Assembly: GCA_002269645.1 (NCBI GenBank)
Contig: NIVC01001617.1
Location: forward strand, 1-64,000
Length of the DNA stretch: 64,000 nt
DNA from: Macrostomum lignano
Lineage: Eukaryota
Direction of reading: 5' to 3'
Numbering within the stretch: position 1 is the stretch's first letter; each line of letters begins with the position of its first letter. Under the pieces are notes generated by a model. It saw nothing but the letters and a program-made list of their open reading frames with translations, had not been told where the DNA came from and searched no databases. Positions 11,901 to 22,780 of this stretch are shown here, piece after piece. A program made the position numbers and the translations under genes.

Positions 11901-14900
11901 TAACCTTAGCTCCACCCATAGCCTTAACCTTAGCTCCAACCCTAGCCTAACCTTAGCTCCAACCCTAGCCATAATCCATCTGCCCGAGTCCCCAAGTCCA
12001 TCACTAATGCTGCCAATCGATCAGTTGAAAAAGCAGCAGAATTAAGGCCGGCTCTGCTTCTCCCCTCCAGGTAAAACGTGCCAGCCGCAAGGCCCGGCCA
12101 CTTGTCAATCTCGTTAGCTCAGCGGGAAAAAACTCCCCCACCGGGTGCCCTCATGAAATTCCATTACAGAGAGCTGACTGATGCTTGCCGTCATTTTTCA
12201 CACACTTCTGAGTCCAAAAATGGAAGCCAAGGCTTTTTCTCCGGCGCGCTCGCTCCACAGCAGGCAGAAGCTGAGATTGCGAAGCGAATCTCTCTGACAC
12301 ACGAGATCAGCATCTCTGATGCAGCATTTTTTGTCAGCTGCCCTTCTCACTGTCTGCAGTCTCCCAGCTCAGGAAGCTGGCAGCGCCCAGTGGATTGGGC
12401 AAAACAATATGAGCTGCACGTGGGTGGCAGCTCAGCCACTGCCTTGGGAGAAATCCATGCAGGCCAGCACAGCTTGAGAGCTGGGTGACACTTCCGGTTT
12501 CAAGCTGAGGCCAGTCATGGGGGGGGGTGGCAGTGTCGGACCCCTCCGCCTGCCCTAACCCTCAGTGCCGGGAGGGCAGGGAGGGCAGCGGGCCACTGGA
12601 ATCGAGGCGAGTGCAAATTTATGCGCCCAGGTTCAACCGCCCGGTGAGCCGGGATCTCCGGGATCTCCTGGCCCGTGTTTGCTTGCCTCTGGCAGCTAGC
12701 GATGAAGTAAAAGGGTTGGAGAGGCGAGGGAGAGAGGGAGAAAAGGCGATGAGAAAAGCCAGCACTCGCAGGAGGCCGGAGGGCACCTTGGCGCAACGCC
12801 TTCGGCACTGCCTTCCCGCTGCCAGCGGTGAGGCAATTCAGCCCATTCAGCTGACCCCCGGGCACACAAGCGCGCTAATGCTGTACGCAGGCCCGCACTC
12901 ATGCACACGCGCTCACACAGGGTGTACATCGGGCCTGACTTTCTAATCACCAGGCATGTACACTCTCTGAGCCTTCTGGGCTGGCCCTCATGAGGGTCGG
13001 GTTGCTCTGTGAAGAAGTGAGGGGGAGAAGAGAGGGAGAGAGGAGAGAGGAAGATTTGTTCAAGTGATCCGAGACCAGGGATGGCTTGCTGCGCTCTCGC
13101 TTTTCTTTCCAAACCCGCGAGCAGCAGACGGCACTGCAGCCAAGAAGCACGCATGCACGGCCGGCAGCTCTTAGTTCACCTGCACTCTTGAGCGGCGTCC
13201 AATTTGAATGGCATTGGCCGCAGTTGTTGAGCCGAGGCCCCTGGATAGCCACCCCCCCTCCCCAGCTCGGCACCGCTCAGCTTTCGATAATTCAAAATCA
13301 AAGAAAGGAATGAGAATGAGAGGGGAGCGGGGGCTGAGAAAGAGGCTGGAGCGGGCGCGGAGTGAAATTAATTACCAGCCATAATCTGATTAGGCCCTGA
13401 TGACTCACTTGGCGCTCTTTCTCCAGCGTCTGAAGAGACTCAAACTGAAGCTGCGGGAGAGTCTGTTCCCTTCATCCCAGTTCTCTCTCGCCTATGCTTT
13501 ATCTGCGGAGTCTGCAACTGCGAGCATCTCTGCTCCAGCCCGCTGCCGCCCGTCCCTCTCTGCCGGATTCCTTCTCGGCGTCCGCAAGCGCTCATCGCAA
13601 AGAATATTTCTGGGCAATAAATTCTTTCTTCTTCTAGAAGAGAAGAGGCTTGGCGATGATTCAGATGGGATGCAGATAAGACGCAGACGGAGGGCCTGCA
13701 GACAGGCTGAGATGCTAAGAAGCCTGGCGGGGGAGGTCACCAGAGCCCGTTGAGCATCTCAGAAGGCATGAAGTTCGCCGAGCGCGGAGGAGTCCCACAT
13801 TTGGGATAAATACTGTATATGGATGCATAAGTGACAAATTGCTGAGTTTGTTACGGAATCTAGTTCCAGAAGCATCTAAACTAGTGCAGCCTCACCTCAG
13901 TGACCAGGTGCGGGACACCCTCAGCTCTAGTGCAGCCTCACCTCAGTGACCAGGTGCGGGACACCCTCAGCTCTAGTGCAGCCTCACCTCGGTGACCAGG
14001 TGCGGGACACCCTCAGCTCTAGTGCAGCCTCACCTCAGTGACCAGGTGCGGGACACCCTCAGCTCTAGTGCAGCCTCACCTCGGTGACCAGGTGCGGGAC
14101 ACCCTCAGCTCTAGTGCAGCCTCACCTCGGTGACCAGGTGCGGGACACCCTCAGCTCTAGTGCAGCCTCACCTCGGTGACCAGGTGCGGGACACCCTCAG
14201 CTCTAGTGCAGCCTTACCTCAGTGACCAGGTGCGGGACACCCTCAGCTCTAGTGCAGCCTCACCTCGGTGACCAGGTGCGGGACACCCTCAGCTCTAGTG
14301 CAGCCTCACCTCAGTGACCAGGTGCGGGACACCCTCAGCTCTAGTGCAGCCTCACCTCAGTGACCAGGTGCGGGACACCCTCAGCTCTAGTGCAGCCTCA
14401 CCTCGGTGACCAGGTGCGGGACACCCTCAGCTCTAGTGCAGCCTCACCTCAGTGACCAGGTGCGGGACACCCTCAGCTCTAGTGCAGCCTCACCTCGGTG
14501 ACCAGGTGCGGGACACCCTCAGCTCTAGTGCAGCCTCACCTCGGTGACCAGGTGCGGGACACCCTCAGCTCTAGTGCAGCCTCACCTCGGTGACCAGGTG
14601 CGGGACACCCTCAGCTCTAGTGCAGCCTTACCTCAGTGACCAGGTGCGGGACACCCTCAGCTCTAGTGCAGCCTCACCTCAGTGACCAGGTGCGGGACAC
14701 CCTCAGCTCTAGTGCAGCCTCACCTCAGTGACCAGGTGCGGGACACCCTCAGCTCTAGTGCAGCCTCACCTCAGTGACCAGGTGCGGGACACCCTCAGCT
14801 CTAGTGCAGCCTCACCTCGGTGACCAGGTGCGGGACACCCTCAGCTCTAGTGCAGCCTCACCTCGGTAACCACGTAGGCCACTCTCAGCTGCAGTTTGGA

Positions 14901-15122
14901 CGGAAGTCTCCGCTCGCTGTGCACCAGCTCCAGTGCGGATCGCAGCGCCTCCAGGGCTCCGTCCTCCGCGCTGGGCACCAGAGCCGCTATGAGGATGTCG
15001 CTGCTGGTTCTGCCGCTGCCGCTGTCGCTGCCATCGAAGCGCTGAATGAGAGGCGGGGGATTTGCTGCGGCAGAGGCGGCCGTCAGGGTCAGCAGCAGCA
15101 GCAGCTGCAACAGCGGCCGCAT
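2936..15122 (-). CDS. GABBR2: GABA-B receptor (subunit 2-like) class C GPCR: signal peptide, Venus flytrap domain and TM1; rest of gene lies beyond the left edge. Exons: 15122-14862, 11179-11042, 10152-9958, 5786-5673, 5588-5523, 5437-5231, ~4898-4618 (irregular), 3879-3801, 3686-3591, 3086-2936
   Basis: Exons assembled with GT-AG sites and consistent phases (except the ~4898 exon). Colinear matches to recalled GABA-B2 sequence: VAYVVTE|CDAANT ~ LYDTECDNA; SYSDTSPELADETRYRNLLRVAPSD ~ [37 protein letters not shown] ~ MYGSKYQWIIPG; AYAFDSVLAVAKA ~ YAYDGIWVIAK; TNVSGVT|GPVLFSKGSRLG ~ TNFFGVTGQVVFRNGERMG; GSPPRDRT plus hydrophobic TM1. Family is secure; exact orthology is not. Confidence 0.88.
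4069..4528. repeat. 28-bp minisatellite (ggagagagatagttgtggcgccatccta), intronic
   Basis: Direct reading; near-perfect copies degenerating toward 4530. Confidence 0.95.
4905..5225. repeat. 12-13-bp minisatellite (ccccacttctct) filling an intron
   Basis: Direct reading. Confidence 0.95.
6775..7130. repeat. Minisatellite built from ~9-bp ctac-type subunits (ctaccctgt/ctaccctgc/ctacctat/ctactcagt)
   Basis: Direct reading. Confidence 0.9.
7705..8893. repeat. Compound array: 21-bp (ctgcacctgcctgtctgtctg), then 18-bp (ccttgtctaccatatcta)
   Basis: Direct reading; switch near 8530. Confidence 0.95.
9718..9872. repeat. 33-bp minisatellite (cctacactcagtgtacatcaggcatatctctgg), ~5 copies
   Basis: Direct reading. 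Confidence 0.95.
11340..11972. repeat. Hexamer-periodic telomere-like array (ccctag/ccctaa/ccttag/ctccaa), 24-bp higher unit
   Basis: Direct reading; hexamers are 0-2 mismatches from CCCTAA. Confidence 0.85.
13881..14866. repeat. 46-bp minisatellite, ~21 copies, abutting the exon-1 donor of the GABA-B-like gene
   Basis: Unit ctagtgcagcctcacctc[a/g]gtgaccaggtgcgggacaccctcagct. Confidence 0.97.
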
Positions 15123-15609
15123 GCGGACCTGCACTCGGTGAGGCCTGTCCACAGCCAGAGCTGCCTGTGCGAATTTTGCCAGTCAAGCTAAGTCTCTGGC
15201 ATGCTGGGTCAGCCACTCCGGCTTCTTGGCTTCGCTCTCCCGAGCATTCGGTAGCCGCAGTTGATGTCTCTCTCCGTGCTTGTCTCCTGGCGGCGTTCTC
15301 TGTTCTAGCGGTCTTCGGAGCAGCTGATTGGCTGACCGGCTGCTCTGTCCAATCAGGCGGCTGCAGGCCTGTCAAAGTGGAGCTTGACAGACAAGCATTT
15401 TGTCTCTTGTTGGCTGGGCCCTGGTTGAAGCAATCTGAATTCAGAAATTCATTTTTATTTTTATTACAGGGCGACTCCCCTGAGCAGGCCCAGGCACACG
15501 TACGCTATCATACGGCCCTAACTTTATATATTGTTAGGAATGTACACTTCACTGTGCCTTGGGGGCCGGCCGAGATTTCAATTTAGCCTCAAATTAATGT
15601 CACTGCACT

Positions 15610-17030
15610 TGGTACCCGGACAGCTGCACCCTGCCTACATTACAGCAGTGGCACAGGTACCCTGCCTACATTACAGCAGTGGCACAGGTACCCTGCCTAC
15701 ATTGCAGCAGTGGCACAGGTACCCTGCCTACATTGCAGCAGTGGCACAGGTACCCTGCCTACATTGCAGCAGTGGCACAGGTACCCAGACTACATTACAG
15801 CAGTGGCACAGGTACCCTGCCTACATTGCAGCAGTGGCACAGGTACCCAGACTACATTACAGCAGTGGCACAGGTACCCAGACTACATTACAGCAGTGGC
15901 ACAGGTACCCAGACTACATTACAGCAGTGGCACAGGTACCCTGCCTACATTACAGCAGTGGCACAGGTACCCAGACTACGTTACAGCAGGGGCACAGGTA
16001 CCCTGCCTACATTACAGCAGTGGCACAGGTACCCTGCCTACATTACAGCAGTGGCACAGGTACCCTGCCTACATTGCAGCAGTGGCACAGGTACCCTGCC
16101 TACATTACAGCAGTGGCACAGGTACCCTGCCTACATTACAGCAGTGGCACAGGTACCCAGACTACATTACAGCAGTGGCACAGGTACCCAGACTACATTA
16201 CAGCAGTGGCACAGGTACCCTGCCTACATTACAGCAGTGGCACAGGTACCCTGCCTACATTGCAGCAGTGGCACAGGTACCCTGCCTACATTACAGCAGT
16301 GGCACAGGTACCCTGCCTACATTACAGCAGTGGCACAGGTACCCAGACTACATTACAGCAGTGGCACAGGTACCCAGACTACATTACAGCAGTGGCACAG
16401 GTACCCTGCCTACATTACAGCAGTGGCACAGGTACCCTGCCTACATTACAGCAGTGGCACAGGTACCCTGCCTACATTGCAGCAGGGACACAGGTACCCA
16501 GACTACATTACAGCAGTGGCACAGGTACCCTGCCTACATTACAGCAGTGGCACAGGTACCCTGCCTACATTACAGCAGTGGCACAGGTACCCTGCCTACA
16601 TTACAGCAGTGGCACAGGTACCCAGACTACATTACAGCAGTGGCACAGGTACCCTGCCTACATTGCAGCAGGGACACAGGTACCCAGACTACATTACAGC
16701 ACTGGCACAGGTACCCAGGACAACATTACAGCAGTGGCACAGGTACCCTGCCTACATTACAGCAGGGACACAGGTACCCAGACTACATTACAGCACTGGC
16801 ACAGGTACCCAGGACAACATTACAGCAGTGGCACAGGTACCCTGTCTACATTACAGCAGGGACACAGGTACCCTGCCTACATTACAGCAGGGACACAGGT
16901 ACCCTGCCTACATTACAGCAGGGACACAGGTACCCTGCCTACATTACAGCAGGGACACAGGTACCCTGCCTACATTACAGCAGGGACACAGGTACCCTGC
17001 CTACATTACAGCAGGGACACAGGTACCCGG
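15610..17030. repeat. 31-bp minisatellite (cagcagtggcacaggtaccctgcctacatta), ~45 copies
   Basis: Direct reading; period 31 checked at 15641/15672. Confidence 0.97.
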
Positions 17031-17452
17031 ACAGCCGCTAAATCTGATCGCATCTCATGCAGACAGAGCCTTAAAAAGTCACGCAAGAGCAGCAAGCAGC
17101 AGATCAATGGAATCTGCAGCCACATCAGCTCTGCTTGAGCCACACCCCCACAGCCAGATGCGAGTTTAGAGTTGGGCAAAGCGAACTGAGCCAACCTGAG
17201 CGCTTGAAATCGGATATTCGTAGCGAGACGACGACAGCCGATCGATGATGGCTTGAGAATGCGGCGGCAGCTGGGCGGACTGGGGCCACGCCAGCGGTAC
17301 GCGAAAGCCGAGGACTGCCTGTTAATATTCATACCAGCCCACTGGCTCGGTGGCTCATTGCACACGAGTCCAGCATTACTGCAAGTTAAGCAAAGACGGC
17401 CGCTGTTAGTAAGTGCACCACTGAATTGGCTGCCAACGTAAGGTTACCCATT

Positions 17453-18155
17453 AAGTTGAGCTCCCCGGGCCACGCTGGTTTCCTCGGCAACGAGCTCGCC
17501 GACTTGCTGGCTAAGGCTGGCCTAGCCGGCACGCTGCTGGGGCCGGGCCCGGGGGTCCCCATCCCCGCCTCGGCGATCAACTCCCGTGTTAAGCGCTGGG
17601 CTGATTCCGAGCATCTCCGCAGATGGCGCGACACCTGGGATTGCAGGCAATCCCGTGATGCCGTCCCCTGGCCCTCCCCCTCCTGCGTAGAGCCCTCCTC
17701 AGGCTCAACCGCAGAGACCTCAGAGCAGTCAGCACGGCCCTCTCCGGGCATGGCTGCTTCTCTCGCCACCGCTTCCTTCAGGGCCAAGTACCCGAGGAGC
17801 GGTGCCCCTTCTGCCGCTCAGGCAGTGAAGACGCCGAGCACTTTATCTGCCACTGCCCGGTTTTCACCAGGGCCAGACTCACTCACCTCGGGCCAAACCC
17901 GGTTCTCTCCGACGTTTGCAGGCCCGAGAGCATCCCGCTGCTCGCCCGGTACCTCAGGGACACGGGACGTGCTTACTTCTTACCCACCGCCGGTGAGGAG
18001 GACCGCGCTGCAGGCGAGACCGACGGGTCCCCCTGAGCGACATCGCTTCAACGGAAGTCATTGGTTGCCAGGGGCTAGCGGAATGGGCGGTCTCCTCGGC
18101 CTCCTCGCTGCATCCGCCGGACGATGCCCCCTGCAGCTAATTCAAGCTGAGCTCC
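17453..18155 (+). mobile_element. 5'-truncated non-LTR retrotransposon (RNase H C-terminus plus CCHC knuckle; LOA/I-group-like), frameshifted
   Basis: PGHAGFLGNELADLLAKAG (RNase H end), W..H..W..CRQSR; after a frameshift near 17680, LSGHGCFSRH...CPFC...EDAEHFICHCP (Zn knuckle). Flanked by near-identical 12-mers aagttgagctcc (17453) and aagctgagctcc (18144), a possible TSD. Confidence 0.85.
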
Positions 18156-18989
18156 AGTTCACCCTGCTGTGGTTGAGCAGCTCTGAGCTACAGATGAGAA
18201 TGCAGGTCGAGAGCTGCGACTCCCACAGTTCAAATGCAAAGAAATTCTCCGAGTTTTTGAAAAGTAAAAGTTTGAAATTTTAATGAAAAATTTTATTTTT
18301 TGTAACAAATTTCAACACGTATATTCTGAGTTTGCTACTCATTTCAGTAGTTCAAGAGAGTTACTTAGAGCTTCATATTTGTAATCCGAGAGTATTCTGC
18401 CAGAGAAACTCGATGGCAGTGATTTTTTGCACAGCCTTTCCCATTTGAGCTGCAGGGCAGGCAGACTCTCCGCAGGACAGGCTGCTCACTCGCTCAGCAA
18501 CAGGAAAGGCCGCTCAGCCCAGAGCTGCCGCTCCTCCAGCTCAGCCCCAGCAGAAAGTTGCTGGGTCGGCGGTCTGCTGGCCAGCTGTCGCCACTCACCC
18601 GGCCAGAATAGAGCTAAAAACTGTCTGAACTGCGGTGGCGGGCAGCTCAGGGCGCAGCAGCGAAAGCACGGAATTGTCAGGAAAATTTCTTTCTGAGTTC
18701 TCTTTGACTTCAGTCTGCGGTAAGTGTTTGGAATTGTATAATAACTTTATTATGTATAGTAAGTAGCTTAGTAAATTCGTAACCTAATTGAATAATAATT
18801 GTATACTATTTGTAAAACAAATTTATAACAGTTGCATAATCATTTTGTAATAATACTTTGCTGCCCGGCACTAAAGGCTGCAGTTTCTGCTGATGGACTC
18901 AGTCAAAAAAGACAAAGACAAGTACATGAAAAAGACAAAAAAATTACATTAATCAGAAGGAAACATTTTTGCTGATGATCAGACGAAAC

Positions 18990-19570
18990 CATCAGACTGC
19001 CAATCAGACAGCCAATCAATCACAGCCAATCAGACAGCCAATCAATCACAGCCAATCAGACAGCCAATCAGAAAGCCAATCAAACAGCCAATCAATCACA
19101 GCAATCAGACAGCCAATCAGACAGCCAATCCAGTCAGCCAATCAGACAGCCAATCAATCACAGCAATCAGACAGCCAATCAGACAGCCAATCCAGTCAGC
19201 CAATCAGACAGCCAATCAATCACAGCAATCAGACGGCCAATCAGACAGCCAATCAGACAGCCAATCAATCACAGCCAATCAGACAGCCAATCCATCACAG
19301 CCAATCAGACAGCCAATCAGACAGCCAATCAGACAGCCAATCCATCACAGCAATCAGACAGCCAATCAGACAGCCAATCAGACAGCCAATCAATCACAGC
19401 AATCAGCAGCCAAAGAGACACAGCCAATCAAACACAGTAAATCAGAAACAGCCAATCAGACAGCCAAATGGACACGGCCAATCAAAAACAGTAAATCAGA
19501 AACAACCAATCAGACACAGCCAATCAAACGGCCAATCAGACACAGCCGATCAAACAGCCAATCAGACGCA
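18990..19570. repeat. ~12-bp CCAAT-containing minisatellite (acagccaatcag)
   Basis: Direct reading. Confidence 0.93.
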
Positions 19571-19688
19571 ATCAAGCGCAGAAAACTAAATCAGGGGTGA
19601 CAGATCCGCAGTCTCTGCTGCAATTTCAGAAGCAGCAGCTCTATAGTTCTGTGTCGTCTCACTCTGAAAAATCTCAAAAGCGGGGCCA

Positions 19689-19895
19689 ATGGACGCGGAC
19701 TCCCTGCTGGGACCAGAGGACAGACAGCATCAGTCGGATTCGGCCAACACGGAGGTGCCCCGCGTGCTGCTGTGCATGTCGCTGTTCGCCAGCCTGCTGG
19801 TGCTGGTGCTCATGTGTGACGCCAAGCTGCGCAGACGGATCCGGCACTGCGTTCGGGGCTCTGGAAGATCCGTACAGCAGCTCGCGCAGTGCTGA
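19689..19895 (+). CDS. Candidate 68-aa single-pass membrane micropeptide
   Basis: ATG 8 nt after an AG; GC3-rich codons like neighbouring real genes; hydrophobic VLLCMSLFASLLVLVLMC followed by basic KLRRRIRH; upstream perfect donor gcg|gtaagt at 18719/18720; AATAAA at 20390. No recognised homolog. Confidence 0.5.
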   Translation: MDADSLLGPEDRQHQSDSANTEVPRVLLCMSLFASLLVLVLMCDAKLRRRIRHCVRGSGRSVQQLAQC

Positions 19896-19924
19896 GGACT
19901 GAGCAACTGCCGACTGGAGAAATC

Positions 19925-20245
19925 TGAGTTCTGAGTGCTGATTGCTGAGTGCTGAGTGCTGATTGCTGAGTTCTGATTGCTGATTGCTGAGTGCTGATTT
20001 CTGAGTGCTGATTTCTGAGTGCTGATTTCTGAGTGCTGATTTCTGAGTGCTGATTGCTGAGTGCTGAGTGCTGATTGCTGAGTTCTGATTGCTGAGTTCT
20101 GATTTTTGAGTGCTGAGTGCTGAGTGCTGAGTGCTGATTTCTGAGTGCTGATTTCTGAGTGCTGATTGCTGAGTGCTGATTGCTGATTCTTGAGTGCTGA
20201 GTGCCGAGCGCTGATTGCTGATTGTTTAGTGCTGAATTCTGAGTT
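19925..20245. repeat. ~14-bp minisatellite (ctgagtgctgatt[t/g])
   Basis: Direct reading. Confidence 0.93.
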
Positions 20246-20774
20246 GAGTACCGACAGGCAGTCAGCGGAAGCCCCAGCAAGCACTCACTCACACTTACCA
20301 CTCAGCACAGAGACTTTCTCATAGTTTGATTACCAAGCAGGCCTCAACCCGACCTGTGCTTTATGCTTTTATTAATTTTCAATCAATGCAATAAAATGAA
20401 TGCACAGACAATTTTCCATTTTTTTCTACTATTGAATGATAGACCAAAACTTTGACAAAGTGCAAAACAGCTCCGACTTTTCGTGTCGCGAGGCAGCCCG
20501 AAAACAAAAAACTTTGCTTGCCGCCTGCCTCAAAGAAGCCGCTGGCGTGCCGCGGGGCGGTGCGGCTTCACGGCCGACTCGGCACGGCTCGGGGGGGGGG
20601 GGTTAGGGGGGGTTAGGGGGGGGGCAGGCACGCGGAAATCTGCGCCAGGCTAAAAGATCTGCTTTCTTTCGCGAGAAGGGAAACGGTGAACTTTTGCTGA
20701 TAAAGAAAGAAATAGTGCTCCCCTGACTGGCCTCATTACCTGAGCATGCAACTTGCAACCTGATTCTCTGCCTA

Positions 20775-21130
20775 TCTCCAACTCAGTCACCCACCTCAGT
20801 CACCCACCTCAGTCACCCACCTCAGTCACCCACCTCAGTCACCCACCTCAGTCACCCACCTCAGTCACCCACCTCAGTCACCCACCTCAGTCACCCACCT
20901 CAGTCACTCACCTCAGTCACCCATTTCACCCTCATCCTAGTCACCCACCTCATCCCCATTTCAGTCACCCACCTCATCCCCACTTCAGTCACCCACCTCA
21001 TCCCCACTTCAGTCACCCACCTCATCCCCACTTCAGTCACCCACCTCATCCCCACTTCAGTCACCCACCTCATCCCCACTTCAGTCACCCACCTCATCCC
21101 CACTTCAGTCACCCACCTCACCCTCACCCC
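20775..21130. repeat. 13-bp (cacccacctcagt) then 24-bp (cacccacctcatccccacttcagt) minisatellite
   Basis: Direct reading. Confidence 0.93.
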
Positions 21131-22037
21131 AGTCCCCACCCCACCCTAACCTCAGTCAGCCACACTTCTCCACTAGCAAACCAATTTCCACCCAGCTGGC
21201 AAAATCACGCACATCAAAATAAATCACTGTTTGAAGCAGAAAAGATTTTTTAAAACGCTACTTTTACCTCGAACCATCCTGGCCCAATCAATCTCTTTGA
21301 AGAGGCCCGAAGGCCTCTCGCTTTGGCTATGCGAGAGCCCAGCTGCACCGCGAGAAGAGGAAGGAACAGGGGAGGACGGCTGAGCCCTCACCGATGGGCC
21401 TTTGAGACCGGGGAAGCATTTCAGCCAGGTGCGAGCTCAGGACTCGAGGCGGGCGCATGCAGCAACAAGGAGGGGAGTTGAAACGACGAGAAATGCTTGT
21501 CTGAAAAGGAAGCTAAGAATTTTCCCCAGCCTGGGGGGGAAGGCGATCGACTCAAGCTCGCACTCTGTGGGGGAGCAGGCTGTAAGGGATTATCACAGAG
21601 ATTATTCTTGCCTACAGCGCTTTTACATTAAGGCGTCGCTAGCCCAAAATTTTTTGGGAAAATGAACCGAACTAAACATTAAGATGCAAGAAGAGCTTAA
21701 AGTGCATTTTGCACTTTGAACACCATGGGTACCTTAAACCTTAAGATACCTTAAGAATTTCAGAAAGAAGAATATAGGAGTAAATTTTTCAGGTCCCGAT
21801 CGACGTAGGTCTTCTGATTTGCCGCTCCGCCGCAAAGCTTCGAGCCGCCCATTCGATGCCCGGCAAATCGTCACGAGCGACTTCCAGCTCCGCTTTGATT
21901 GGTCGGAGCGGCTGGACGATGGAGAGGCGGAAGCGAGTGGATGGCTAAATTTGGCAGAGATTGAGAGCGAAGGGAGAGACTTGAGAAGAGATGAAGTGAC
22001 AGGCAGGCAGGCAGGTCCATCAGTGGAAAAGCCCGTC

Positions 22038-22780
22038 ATGCTGAGAAGCGGCAGCGGCCCTGGCAACACCGGGAGCGGCATTTTCGGCCAGAGCAACAGC
22101 TGCGCCGCGGGGGCCGGCGGCAGCGGCGGCAGCCTGTCCGCCAGCGCGGCAGCAGCCAACGCCAGCGCCGCCTCGCAGCAGCAGGTGCGCATCGCCATCC
22201 TCGGCGCCAGGGCTGTCGGCAAGACTTGCCTGGTTGAGCAGTTCGTCAACTGCGCCTGTCCGGAGGTGTACGAGCCCACCCAGCTGCCCGCAGTGCACCG
22301 GCCCTCCATCCAGCTGAATGAGCGCTCGCTGGAGACCCGCCTGATCGACTGCCCGCCGCTCGGCCGCTATCCGCCGACTCCCTGCAGGAATTCGCCACCT
22401 GCCGCGGCTACGGCCTTCGCAACGCCAGCGCTTACATACTAGTCTATGACGTCACCAACGAAGCCAGCTTCCGGCACGCTCGCCGCCTGCGGCAGGGCAT
22501 CCGGGAGCAGCGGCCCGAGGCGCCGGTGCTTGTGGTGGCCAACAAGCTGGACCTCGTGGTGGGCCGCGCAGCCGGCAAGGAGGCCGCAGTCACCGTGCGC
22601 AAGCAGTGGAAGTGCCAGTTCGCCGAGTGCTCAGCCAAGTACAACTGGCGGGTGCAGGCCGCCTTCCGCGACCTGCTCAAGGCGGTGGAGCAGCAGCAGC
22701 TCCGGGAGGCGGCCGGGCACAAGCCAGCGACAGCTCGAGTGCAGGCGGTGCTGCGGCGGAACCAGTGCAGCCTGATGTGA
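22038..22780 (+). CDS. RASL10: Ras-like small GTPase of the RASL10 family, intronless CDS, one -1 frameshift at ~22372-22376
   Basis: VRIAILGARAVGKT (G1), LIDCPP (RASL10-type G3), AYILVYDVT, VVANKLD (G4), VRKQWKCQFAECSAKYNW ~ RASL10B VRKTWKCGYVECSAKYNW, C-terminal LRRNQCSLM CAAX ~ LRRNRCAIM. Confidence 0.93.

Noticed and set aside
15531-17169. Three overlapping 440-535-aa ORFs over the 31-bp array
   Set aside because: All three plus frames give the same permuted peptide because the unit has no stop triplet; artefact of the repeat.
20590-20626. G-run cluster with G-quadruplex potential
   Set aside because: Homopolymer lengths are unreliable and such runs are common throughout the window.
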